From NCBI GenBank assembly GCA_030704615.1, contig CM060734.1, positions 50,964,001 to 51,028,000 on the forward strand: a stretch of DNA of 64,000 nucleotides, given 5' to 3'. The stretch is from Takakia lepidozioides (taxonomy: Eukaryota; Plantae; Bryophyta). Position numbers and translations under genes: made by a program. Position 1 is the first letter of the stretch; each line of letters begins with the position of its first letter. The notes below the pieces were generated by a model that was given only the letters and a program-made list of their open reading frames with translations, ran no database searches and was not told the DNA's origin. Shown in pieces: positions 34,070 through 46,500 of this stretch.

Positions 34070-36500
34070 TCCAGCAAACACCCCAACCCTACCTACAGTA
34101 ACATATCAAAATCACTACAAAACACCATAGATCGACCAACGAGCTTCTCCTCATCTCTGTTATCTGTTTTTGGATACTTTCCTGCTGCCACATCGGCAGT
34201 AACTTGTCAAAGTCACTCCTGACCACCACAGATCCACCCAACAAGCTAACTTAAAGAATTCAATATGCATCTCAGGGCCAAGTCTGATGAGAGGGTAAAA
34301 CAAAGACCTCTTGTGTGTGGTGGGACAAATGAGGCAAAAAGGTGAATGCCTGCAGATTACCAGATGTCATTTTGAATGCTGCAGACTCGGCCCTGAGATG
34401 CATATTGAATTTTGGAAGTTAGTTCGTTGGGTGGATCTGTGGTGGTTAGGAGAGACTTTGACAAGTTACTGCCAGTGTGGCAGCAGGAAAGTAACCAAAA
34501 ACAGATAACATGGATGAGGAGAAGGCACCTTCTTTACACATTTCACCCTGTTTTCCCCTCTTATCAGAATCTGCCCTAAATTTCCATGTTGAATTCTGCA
34601 TGTTAGCTGGTACTTTGGTAGTTTGGAGTGACTTTGACATGATACAGCCTATGTGACAACAGGAAAGTATCCAAATTAAACAGGTAACAGAGATAAGGAG
34701 AAGCTGTGGTATAAATACTTTTCTGACCCTAGTCAATGGTGGGACAACGTTGGCAAAAAGGTGAATGCCTGTCAGATTACCACATGTCATTCTGAACGCT
34801 GCAGACACAAGCTGCTTGGCTGGGGTCAGAAAAGTATTCATTCCACAGCTTCTCCTCATCTCTGTTTACCTGTTTTTGGATACTTTCATATGTCACATTG
34901 GCAATATCATGTCAAAGTCACTCCAAACTACCATTAAAGGTTCACTCACAGCTAACTTGCAGAATTCAACATGGAAATTTAGGGCAGATTCTGATAAGAG
35001 GGAAAAACAGGGTGAAATGTGTTGAAGAAGGTGCATTCTCCTCATCTATGTTATCTGTTATTGGATACTTTCCTGCTGCCACATCGGCAGTAACTTGTCA
35101 AAGTCACTCCTAACCACCACATATCCACCCAACGAGCTAACTTACAGAGTTCAATATGCATCTTAGGGCCGAATCTGATGAGAGGGTAAAACAGACAGAA
35201 ATAGGTTGAAGAAGAAGGTGCCCTCACCACGTTGTCCTTGACCTTGTGTCATGACCCATGGAGGATTTCACCGAACATCAACCCTAAAGAACCTCTTGTG
35301 TGTGCAGCTTGTGTCTGCAGCCTTCAGAATGACATCTGGTAATCTGCAGGCATTCACCTTTTTGCCTTGTTTGTCCCACAATTGGCTGGGGTCAGAAAAG
35401 TATTCATCCCACAGCTTCTCCTCATCTCTGTTTACCTGTTTTTGGATACTTTCCTGTGTCACATTGGCAGTATCAAGTCAAAGTCACTCCAAACTACCAT
35501 TAAAGGTTCACTCAATCAGCTAACTTGCAGAATTCAACATGGAAATGTAGGGCAGATTCTGATAAGCGGGGAAAACATGGTGAAATGTGTTGAAGAAGGT
35601 GCTTCTCCTACCCTATGTGATCTGTTTTTGGATACTTTCCTGCTGCCACATCAGCAGTAACTTGTCAAAGTCACTCCTAACCACCACGGATCCCCCGGCG
35701 AGCTAACTTACAGAGTTCAATACGCATCTCAAGGCCGAGTCTGATGAGAGGGTAAAACAGACAGAAATAGGTTGAAGAAGAAGATGCACTCACCACATTG
35801 TCCTTGACCTTGTGTCATGACCCATGGAGGATTTTACCGAACATCAACCCTAAAGAACCTCTTGTGTGTGCAGCTTGTGCCTGAAGCCTTCAGAATGACA
35901 TCTGGTAATATGTAGGGATTCACCTTTTTGCCTTGTTTGTCCCACCATTGGCTGGGGTCGTTCATCCCACAGCTTCTCCTCATCTCTGTTTACCTGTTTT
36001 TGGATACCTTCCTGTGTCACATTGGCAGTATCATTTCAAAGTCACTCCAAACTACCAAAGGTTCACTCAACCAGCTACCTTGCAGAATTCAACATAGAAA
36101 TGTCGGGCCGATTCTGATAAGAGGGGAAAACAGAGTGAAATGTGTTGAAGAAGGTGCCTTCTCCTCAACTATGTTATCTGTTTTTGGATACTTTCCTGCT
36201 GTCCCATGGCAATAACTTGTCAAAGTCACTCCTAACCACCACAGATCCACCCAACGAGCTAAAGTATAGAATTCAACATGCATCTCAGGGCCGAGTCTGA
36301 TGAGAGGGGAAAACAGGCAGAAATAGGTCAAAGAAGAAGCTGCCCTCACCACGTTGTTCTTGACTTGTGTCATGACCCATGGAGGATTTGACCGACCATC
36401 AACCCAAAAGGACCTCTAGTGTGTGCTGCTTGTGTCTGTAGTCAGGTATTGTCGGATTTCTCTGTGAGAACCACCACGGTGCAGCTAGGCAGATAGAGAT
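34070..36500 (-). repeat. Tandem array (~565-bp units) of the PDF-motif exon with an internally inverted segment
   Basis: Units start gctggggtc at ~34819, ~35384 and ~35951 and encode EEKLWDEYFSDPSQ(W)WDK. An acceptor at ~36462 is followed by RNPTIPDYRHKQH. Segment ~34318-34815 is in the opposite orientation. Confidence 0.8.
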
Positions 36501-36984
36501 TGACACACGGCCTGCCCCAACCTGCGCGCAACAGAAGAAGACAAGGTGAGCGCGCAGCAGAAGAGGACGACGAGGTGAGCGCGCTGCAGAAGAGGACGAG
36601 GTCTGCGCGGCGGATAGGGCTTAGTGCTAGGCGGGAGAAAAAAAAAGTCTCAAAAGGAACTTGAGCGCTGAATGCCGCGGCGGGTGAACGATGACCTTAC
36701 CAGTACACTACACACTATCACCTACGACATTATCTCAAATATGTATATATACTAGGGCTTCGCGTTGCTCCGCACTACTAGCGACGAATTCTGAGAAAGA
36801 CGCCTGGACGGATGGGCCATACTGGAGGAACTTGAGAGAGAGTTGGAGGTGTTTTCCATGGGTCGTCTTGGTACAACAAGTAGATTTGGACTATGATAAA
36901 TCAGTATTTTTTTATTATCCGTTGTGAGCATGCATTGGAAAAATATAGACTTTTTGAAAAGGAGAAGGAGGATGGTCTTTATAA

Positions 36985-37206
36985 AATATGGTGGTCCTTA
37001 CATGGAACGTTTAGATGTGTCTAATTTAAGCTCTACCAAGCTATGCTTTTGCTCCAGTTGTCGTCGTTCGATTCTGTCTCTTCCGGTGCTTAGGCCAACA
37101 GTTTGACCCCTTTTAATTGGAATGAAAGCCCGTGTTTCTTGTGACGAAAATTCATCCAATATCGGATGTTACACTTGATTGCAACGAGATCCCCTGAACG
37201 TACGGA
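36985..37206 (-). pseudogene. Truncated copy of the gp2.5-like SSB 3' end in element A
   Basis: Nearly identical to 42301-42516. Confidence 0.7.
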
Positions 37207-38419
37207 GTAGTGCTTAGGGCCCTGCCCACTTGCACTTTTCAGTTAGTGTCTGCAACAGTTAGTTAGTGTTCCAACTTACAGTTAAATGCATCCCCCCCAC
37301 CAAAAAAAGAAGAAGCTTGCTTCAGGTTCGCTGAACTTAAATGTGATGGTACCCGTTATCTTAAACTGTCTTCGACACAAAATCCGCCACCTGGCTAATC
37401 GGAAGTATCGAGTAGCCTCAAGTCTTGACTAAGTTTTGTAACTCACCAAGTTCCATCAAATCCAGCATTTTGAAGCAAATTGTTCCACATACATGAGGGG
37501 AAATCTGCTATGGGCCTTGTTCAGTTGAAAGCTTCTACTTCCTCTTAATGTGGAAGTTGAGGACCTTTCATGGACTTCATGCCGCAGATCTGGGAGAACA
37601 GAATTTTTTGTCTCCTTTGGCAAACTCTATGTTCTTCCAAAAGCAGGGTCGACCAAACTCCCAAATAAAGCACACCAAGTAACTAGAAAACTGACCTGCC
37701 AAGGATAGAAACAAATTTGCAGTAATTTTCTTTCTATGAACTGGGAAGCAGGAAGGTAGCTTCAGAAAGCTCCAAGGTTCTCAGGTTCTCAGGTTCTCTT
37801 TGAAGCTTCTGAGAGGACGTAGATAAGAGGGACAAATCGCGTTTAAAGAGACGAGAGGTTTGCAAAGTGGAGTTTGAGGCCGATTGATAACAAATCAAGC
37901 AGTAGCATGCCCTGGCAGAGAACAGGTCTTGTTGGGTTTCACATCTATCTCTGCATCCATAGTCACCCCACCAATGCACCCTAACTTGGTTACAGCTTTT
38001 GGTGAACAATCAAGATCCTAAACCCACACTTAGACCAGTCTCTTGTTGGATATTGCTGAGACCTGCTGATGCAAATGTCCCACTACAATTTTTAAGCTAA
38101 GGATCATACATTTGTAGCCAAGAAGTGCTTTCAAAGTGGAAGTGGAAGCACCAATTTTGGTTCTTATCTCACATGACAGTCGTCCTTTTGACAAGCAGCA
38201 GCTACCCAGTCACAGCTACAAGGGAGCTAAGTGTTCATCCAGTGCTGTCAGAACCTAAAGTGATATGTGTGGTTTATAGCATATCAAGATAGGAATAAAA
38301 CCCAAAATAATGTGGCCTTTAAGCCTATTAACTCCACATCTAGAACATGAAACAAGCATAATTCATTCACTCAACCAGTAACTTGCAGATTTCAATAAGA
38401 GGGGAAAACAGTGTGAAAT

Positions 38420-41400
38420 GTTTTGAAGGCACTTCATCTGCCCAGACAATCTTCTCAGCTCAGCATGGATTTCCTTAATTCTGGGATGCCATCTACAGCG
38501 AAGGTGTGCACTTTTGTTGCAAATCTCAATGCAGCAGTGACCTACCTCCTTTCTAACCCTTCTGACCTTCATCATTCTTCTCACCAACTCCTGCTTTTGC
38601 GATGCAACCATGCACCCCTTCACTCATTTCCAAGGCTGCCAGGATTTGCACAAGCATTGCAAATGCACACAAACATGATGTGGCGAGGCTTCACCCCTTC
38701 CCCCATAATTTGCTCATAGGTCTCCGAAACCTCCATCCCACGTCCTACCCTGCAAGCAACGCGTTCCACGACATCACATTTCATTCAGCATTATAGTGGA
38801 ACACTGCCTTCGCATCCTTGATGCTCCCACATTTGGCATACATGTCCACGAGGGCATTGTTAAGAATAACATTGGGTACAATTCCAGCTTTGACGATGTC
38901 ACCATGGACCTCTTTCCCCTTTTCCAGGGCTCCCAAGCTTGCACATACAAATTACGGTGATGTGGTTGGGCTTCACCCCTTTGCAGAATACACATAAGTT
39001 CCTTTGGTTTGCATCCTCAATGCACCCAAATTTGGCATACATGCCCACGAGGATATCGTACAGAATCACATCTGGTACAATTCCAGCTTTTGCGATACAA
39101 CCACGCACCTCTTGCCCTTTTCCAGGGCTGCCAGGCTTGCACAAGCATTGGAATCACAAACAAACATGATGTGGTTGCCCTCACCCCTTTGCACATCATT
39201 TGCTCATAGGTCTCCAAAGCCTCCAACCCGCGCCGCTGCTGTGCATACCCTGCAAGCATCGCGTTGGGCAGTGTTCAGAATGACATCTGGTACAATTCCA
39301 GATTTGACGATGTCACCATGGGCCTCTTTCCCCTTTTCCAGGGCTGCCAGGCTAGCACACGCACTGCAAATGCAAACATACGTGCCTTTAGTTGACCATC
39401 TACCCATGCAGGCTACTTGTAGCTATTGATCCACAGGGAATCATAGGTAATCTGGAGCTTGAAGTCCGGTCCCCTTGGATGAATCTGGACCCACACTCTA
39501 TCCCTGCTCCTTCAACTATCCATGCCTCTGCACAAATCATGCATACATCCTTGCCTTGCTGCTAGCAGCTGACAATGACAGCCTGTGACAGGCTCAATAA
39601 ACTCTGGAATAGAGCTCCAAAGCCTCCATCCCGCGCCCCTGCTGTGCATACCCCTGCAAGCATCGCGTTCCACGACACCACATCTCGTTCAGCCATAATG
39701 CTGAAATTAACTCCATTCGCATCCTTAATGAGGCTCTGCACACTTAGGGACAGACTGTCCATCTGACGGCTTGGGGACAATTACCCCGTGCATAGAATTT
39801 GTTCGTCTTGTGTAAACCTTGAGGATTGGTAAGCCATTCAGAGTACCAAATCCTTCAGATTCAAGACGTTCAGGTTCCGTACACTTAGGGACATCTTGTC
39901 TTTCTGGCTGTTTGGATTCAACCTCATCCAGAGCATCAAACCGATTAGAAACTCTCAAGTTGAAGTTGTTGCCCTTGGTTGTCTTCCTAGAGCGCCCGTT
40001 TGAATCACCAATGTCTAAGACCGCTCTCCAGCCAGTCAAGGGACGAACTTCTTTGAGATTGAATTGATGCGGGACTCTATTAGAAGCACTTTTGGTCATT
40101 GCAACCTTCAACGTACCCCTGTTATCAAGTCTCGAGATGGTACCATTAGCCATGAAATCCAAGCCTAAGCTAGAGCATGTAGTTTTAAAGGACACATCGT
40201 CCATCCTAGGATTCACCCCAAAAACTACACATGAAGCCCTAGATTTGGCATAAGTAACCAATTCCCAGGGATCACCTTGAGGCATACATGTCCAGGAGGG
40301 TATTGTTCAGAATGACAGCTGGTACAATCCCAGCTTTGATGATGTCACCATGGACCTTCCTACCCTTTTCCAGGGCTGCCATGCCCGCACAAGCATTGCA
40401 AACACAAACAAATGTGACCCGGTTGGGCTTCACACCTTCCTGCATCATTTGCTCATAAGTCTCCAAAGCCTCCATCCCACACCCATGCTGCACATATCCT
40501 GCAATCATCGAACTCCAGGACACTACATCTCGTTCAGCCATATTGTCAAACTCTCCCTTTGCACCTCTGATGGTGCTGCATTTGGCATACATGTCCACAA
40601 GGGTATTGTTCAGAATCAGATCTGGACGATTCCAGCTTTGATGATGTCTTCATGGACCTCTTTGCCTTTTTCCAGGGCTGACAGGCTCGCGCATGCATTG
40701 CAAATGCAAGTGAATGTGACCCGGTTGGGCTTCACCCCTTCCTGCATCATTTGCTCATAGGTCTCCAAAGCCTCCAGCTCATATCCATGCTGGGCATATC
40801 CTGCAATCATTATATTCCAGGACACTACATCCCGTTCAGCCATATTCTCGAACACTCCCCTTTGCATCTCCGATGCTGCCACATTTGGCATACATGTCCA
40901 CGAGGGAAGTGTTCAGAATGACATCTGGTACAACTCCAGCTTTGATTACATCACCATGGACCTCTTTGCCCTTTTCCAGGGCTGCCAGGCCCACACACAC
41001 ATTGCAGACACACACAAATGTGATCCGATTGGGCTTCACTCCTTCCTGCATCATTTGCTCATAGGTCTCCAAAGCCTCCATGCCACACCCATGCTGCACA
41101 TATCCTGCAATCATCGAACTCCAGGACACTACATCTCGTTCAGCCATATTGTCAAACTCTCCCTTTGCACCTCTGATGGTGCTGTATGCTCCCGCATTAA
41201 ACATACATGTTCACAAGGGTGTTCTGTAGAAAAACATTTGGTTTGAATCCACTTTGGGTAATGTGAGAGTGCACCTGCTTTCCCATTTCCAGGCCTTTCA
41301 TCTTGACGCACGCATGCAAGAGACAGACATAAGTATCTGTACCTGCTGAAATGCTTCCTTGGTTCAAAATTTGAAGAGCCTCTTTCAGTTTCCCTGCCTC

Positions 41401-41800
41401 ACATAGCGTCCTCATATACCCGGAATTTTCAGAAGAGGTCCTGTGGACTCCCTCTCTTGGTCCTCTTTTGGAGGCTGTGATCATTGTGAGAGTGCCTGAT
41501 TTTATCAATTGTGCCCCTGCTACTACTTGCAGTTGACCATCTACTCATGCAGGTTTTTTGTAGCTATCAATAAGACGGCCTCCCAAAACCAAGAAGACCC
41601 TCCCAAGTACCTTGTAAACACCAAGAAAAACCCTTGCGCAATGCAATTTCATGGCTTGTTTAGGAACAACAACCTATGATACAGACAGGGACAGCCACTT
41701 TTGCAGAACAGAAAACCTTTTTCACATCATGTAAGAAGAAAGAGAGGCGTCCTAGGGGTAAACCCTCTAAACCTTGATATGTAGGTTGTCCCACCATTGT
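38420..41800 (-). pseudogene. Shuffled PDF-PPR(-E/E+) gene fragments inside element A
   Basis: ORFs 41197..41508 (paralog of the 6172 N-terminus), 40836..41204, 40616..40891, 40272..40598 and 38363..38623 (E+ remnant), with a PDF linker at 39390-39580. Many frameshifts. Confidence 0.85.
39735..40275 (-). other. Unrelated insert interrupting a PPR S motif
   Basis: PPR homology stops at LLDMYA (~40280) and resumes at IKDANG (~39730). The intervening open frame (39725..40285) has no PPR similarity. Confidence 0.55.
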
Positions 41801-42094
41801 GGAGGATAAATATGCTCACCTTTTTCCCTGGAATTCTCACTGGAGAACGCTCTCCTGGATGCGCCGTTTGAAGAAATGCCCTCCGCACAGTCGAGCTCTG
41901 CCAAACCTATCTAAACCTGTTCTAAATACCAGGCCTTATCAACCTATGTAGCCATTGCGCTCGCGCTCTCTCTCTCTCCTTTGAACATCAAACAGAAGCA
42001 GGGAGGAAAAGGGTCAGTCTCGACGAAGTACCGTTCAAGAAGTTATTTTCGGCTTTTTCGGGCAATCCGGGCAGATAGAAAGAAATTGACGACG

Positions 42095-42150
42095 TACGAA
42101 ACGTGGCGACGACAGGTGGCTACGACACGTGGCGACGATGATGTGGCACT
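42095..42150. promoter_or_regulatory. G-box/ABRE-like cluster in the 5' terminus of element A
   Basis: ACGTGGC at 42101 and CACGTGGC at 42126 lie within a ~13-bp tandem unit. Function is untested. Confidence 0.35.
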
Positions 42151-42358
42151 ATGGCACCCTATTCCTGCTCTACGCTAAACTAGCTCTCGACCTTCGGTCG
42201 TCGCTAGAACTAGGGCTTCGCGTTGCTCCGCACTACTAGCGACGACTTATGAGAAGGACGTCCGGACGGATGGGCCATACTCGAGGATCATGAGAGAGAA
42301 AAAATATGGTGGCCCTTACATGGAACGTTTAGATGTGTCTAATTTAAGCTCTACCAAG

Positions 42359-43090
42359 CTATGCTTTTGCTCCAGTTGTCACTCTGTCTCCTCCTTGTGC
42401 TTTGGCCAACAGTTTGACCCCTTTTAATTGGAATGAAAGCCCGTGTTTCTTGTGATGGAAATTCATCCAATATCGGATGTTACACTTGACTGCAACGAGA
42501 TCCCCTGAACGTACGGATTCTCCATCCATTTTTTGGCCATTTTCGTTAAGGACTTCTATTGTATTGTACATCCCGTCGTTGTTTGTTTTTTGACGTTTGT
42601 TGTTACTGGACGTCGAGCCAGAGTTGTTGTTTGCGTTAGTTTTTAGGAGCTTTTTCGTGAAGCTCATGTTGTTTCCACCCATCCACGTCATGTCCTCGCC
42701 TCTCCTCCTTCAATTATCGAACCATTCTGTATTGTATTTGCGTAGTCGAACAAGAAATGGCTGTCTTCTATCAATATTGTGAATTTTGCGTCTTTTGAGT
42801 TCTTTGGCGAAAGTCACGAATCTGTAATTCCCAGTTTTGCCAAGGTAGGGGAATTTTGCAATACCTACGAAGATTGTTATTACTTCACGGTCCGAAGGGA
42901 CGTTTCACAAGGCGCTGTGGAAGTTTGTACTGTAGGGCAGGCGCTTCCATGTGTTCCCCACCTTTAGGGCATGATGGTCATTGGACGTGAAACTGTCGTA
43001 TATCACGTTTGTCATGTCTTGGTGGGTTATTTCCTGAATTTGTTGGTCCATTACAGTGTCTATTATGTCGGCTATTTCCGACGTTGACAT
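42359..43090 (-). pseudogene. Decayed gene whose C-terminus resembles a T7 gp2.5/DUF2815-type OB-fold ssDNA-binding protein
   Basis: Start MSTSEIAD at 43090, with internal stops and a frameshift. The C-terminus IEVLNENGQKMDGESVRSGDLVAVKCNIRYW...HGLSFQLKGVKLL fits the gp2.5-like pattern VxDxxGxx..IxSGxxV..GxSxxLxxVQ. Confidence 0.5.
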
Positions 43091-43109
43091 GGTTGTTTGT
43101 ATGTATGGT

Positions 43110-43111
<2 letters not shown>

Positions 43112-43159
<48 letters not shown>
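43112..43159. repeat. (GA)n microsatellite
   Basis: Pure AG run directly upstream of the SSB-like gene. Confidence 0.95.
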
Positions 43160-43160
<1 letters not shown>

Positions 43161-43664
43161 ACGGCAGATGAAAGTATATATCGGTGGGTTTTTTAGGAGA
43201 ATTATTAAACCCTAAGAGTGCAACTTTAAAATTAATCACGCTAATCTATAGAACTGTGGCTTTCTCTCTCAGACCGAGGTTGATGCTACACCGCTTTGTT
43301 GGGAAGTTAGGTGCAAAGTGCGATGTAACAGTATGTTATATTCCTCTGCTTCACCTGTACCTGGAAGCATCATTCGATTAGGGACCCTCTCACAATCGGT
43401 TATTTTTTTAGCAACAACACCTAGTGAAGACGAAAGGCCTAGTCCATTGATGTTTGATTCAGGCCCAGCTATGCTGATTGAGGAATTCCAATAGGAGCTG
43501 GCCCTTCACTTCCTTCTCACAATTGTTTTGTTCCTGTCATAAAACCAGAGAACCTCACATCAGAACGTAAAGGCTTACAAATACATACAGATCCATCTGC
43601 ACTTTTTCAGTGCTCAAAGACTGGCACAAGCATCAGAATACACATGAGGTTCACCTACCAGGCA

Positions 43665-45135
43665 TCACCCATTCACAATCTCCAAAGCCTCCTTGCCACT
43701 CAGTACATAAACAGAGTACACATAAGTTCCTTGCTTTGCATCCTCAATGCACCCACATTGGGCATACATGTCCACCAGGGCAGAGTTCAGAATGACATCT
43801 GGTACAATTCCAGCTTTGACAATGTCACCATAGACCTCTTTTGACCTTTTCCAGGGCTGCCAGGCTTGCACAAGCATTGCAATCGCACAAAAACATGATG
43901 TGTTGGGCTTCACCCCTTCCCCCATAATTTGATCATAGGTCTCCAAATCCACCATCCCACGTCCCTGTTGTGCATACCCTGCGATGCCCGCGCCCCTGTT
44001 GTGCATACCCTGCAAGCATCGCGTTGGGCAATGTTCAGAATGACATCTGGTATTTGACGATGTCACCATGGGCCTCTTTCCTCTTTTCCAGGGCTGCCAG
44101 GCTTGCACACGCACTGCAAATGCAAACAAACGTGCCTTTAGTTGACCATCTACCCATGCAGGTTTCTTGTAGCTATTGATCCACAGGGAATCATAGGTAA
44201 TCTGGAGCTTGAAGTCCGGTCCCCTTGGATGAATCTGGACCCACATTCTATCCCTGCTCCTTCAACTATCCATGCCTCTGCACAAATCATGCATACATCC
44301 TTGCCTTGCTGCTAGCAGCTGACAATGACAGCCTGTGACAGGCTCAATAAACTTTGGAATAGAGCTCCAAAGCCTCCATCCCGCGCCCCTGCTGTGCATA
44401 CCCTTGCAAGCAACGCGTTCCACGACGCCACATCTCGTTCAACCATAATGCTGAAATTAACTCCATTCGCATCCTTAATGCACCCACATTTGGCATACAT
44501 GTCCACCAGGGCAGTGTTCAGGATGACATCTGGTACAATTCCAGCTTTGACGATGCAACCATGGACCTCTTTGCCCTATTCCAGAGCAGCTAGGCTTGCA
44601 CACGCACTGCAAAACACACAAACGTGATGTGGTCGGGGCTCACCCCTTTGCACATCATTTGCTCATAGGTCTCCAAAGCCTCCATCCCGCGCCTCTGCTA
44701 TGCATACCCTGCAAGCATCGCGTTGGGCAATGTTCAGAATGACATCTGGTACAATTCCAGATTTGACGATGTCACCATGGGCCTCTTTCCCCTTTTCCAG
44801 GGCTGCCAGGCTTGCACACGCACTGCAAATGCAAACAAATGTAAACAAATGTGCATTTAGTTGACCATCTACCCATGCAGGTTTCTTGTAGCTATTGATC
44901 CACAGGGAATCATAGGTAATCTGGAGCTTGAAGTCCGGTCCCCTTGGATGAATCTGGACCCACATTCTATCCCTGCTCCTTCAACTATCCATGCCTCTGC
45001 ACAAATCATGCATACATCCTTGCCTTGCTGCTAGCAGCTGACAATGACAGCCTGTGACAGGCTCAATAAACTTTGGAATAGAGCTCCAAAGCCTCCATCC
45101 CGCGCCCCTGCTATGCATACCCCTGCAAGCATTGC
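43665..45135 (-). pseudogene. Duplicated PDF-linker/PPR chimeric fragments
   Basis: WVQIHPRGPDFKLQITYDSLWINSYKKPAWVDGQL occurs at ~44140-44246 and ~44860-44965, joined to PPR L motifs. Near-identical to 39180-39730. Confidence 0.85.
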
Positions 45136-46500
45136 AATAATTTCTCGTGCAACAATTTTGGATATCAACTTGGTGCCAGTGTGGCAGTCCCCACATATAC
45201 ATAGGTTTTTAATGATGCGGATAGGGGTCCTAGGGGGTGTGCTAATGAGCCCAAAAGCTATGGCCAGCTTTTCGCTGTGGTGGTAAAGAGCCTTTCCTTC
45301 ATCTGCTGATCCACATCACGCAACACAAAGCGTGTCTCAGGCACATATCCCGCTTCCTTAATCTGCCAAGTCAATCTCTCTAACGCATCATAGATCTCCT
45401 CTGCTTGTGGGTGAGATCTATCTCCAATGGCAAATGTATCCATCTTGTGATTCCACCTTGAAAATACATTCTGCAGCACACTCTGCTAACTCCACATTTC
45501 CATAGATTCTGCGGGCACCAAGCAAGGCCCCCCACAGTGAAGCACCTGGTTTGAGTGCCATGTTGGCAATAAAATATTCTTCATCCAAGCGCCCTGCATG
45601 GCCAAGGAGGTCAACCATGCAGGTGCAGTGCTTTTCTGTTGGTGTAATGCCATGCTCTTGACACATGGATTGAAAATAATGACCACCTTCATCTACAAGG
45701 CCCAAATGGCTGCATGCAGAGAGAACACCAATAAATGTGACCTCATTTGGCTTCACACTAGTTTAAACAGTTGGAGAGCCTCGTGACCACGCCCATGCTG
45801 AGCGTATCCTATAATCATCGTAGTCCATGAGACCACATCTGGTTTAAGAATTTTGTCAAACACCTCCCGTGCATCCTCTACACTCCCACATTTGTTATAC
45901 AAATCAATGAGGGCATTCCTGACGTAGCATCTGACTCACACACAGATATGATAATGTAGGCATGGACCCACTTGCCCTGTTCCAGGGATGCTTCACACCC
46001 TCTCTTTGCATTTGTTGAAAGAGTTTGAAAGCATCCTCACCATGACCACTATGTGCACATCCTCCAATCATCGCAGTCCATGAGACCACATCTCGCTTAG
46101 GCATTCTGACAAACACATTGAGTGCATCCATCACACTCCTGCACTTGCAATACATACTGACAAAGGCATTCCCGAGTCCAACATCTGACTCAAATTCAGC
46201 TTTGATGATGCTGGCAAGGAGCTGCTTGCCCCGTTCTAAAGCCTCCGGGCCAGCACAAGCGTTGAGGACAATAATAAAAGAGACAATATCTGCCTTCATG
46301 CCTTCTCTTTGCATGCGCTGAAAGAGTTAAAAAGACCATGACCATGCTGAGCAGATCCTGCAATCATAGCAGTCCACGAGAGCCCATCTCGCTTGGGCAT
46401 TGCACGTCAAATACTCGGGTGGCATCCATCAAACTCTCACACCTGCAATACATGTTGACAAGGGCAGTCCCCACAGGGACATCCCCCTCAAGTCCAGCCT
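45136..46500 (-). pseudogene. PPR-DYW pseudogene from a different PLS subfamily; DYW domain truncated
   Basis: Encodes MKADIVSFIIVLNACAG, P2-L2-S2-E1, then GDRSHPQAEEIY...[49 protein letters not shown]. The terminal FHHF..CSCxDYW segment is absent and there are frameshifts. Confidence 0.85.

Larger units (their letters stand above)
36752..42209 (-). mobile_element. Non-autonomous Helitron2-like rolling-circle element A (5.5 kb) carrying PDF-PPR fragments
   Basis: On the minus strand the 5' end is TTCTAGCGACGACCGAAGGTCGAGAGCTAG (hairpin) and the 3' end is TCGTCGCTAG-tagtgcggagcaacgcgaagcc-CTAG|T. The 10-bp asymmetric inverted repeats and both termini are shared with element B. Confidence 0.7.

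Noticed and set aside
34141-36500. CRISPR-like array
   Set aside because: The units are ~565-bp degenerate exon duplications with no unique spacers, in a eukaryotic context.
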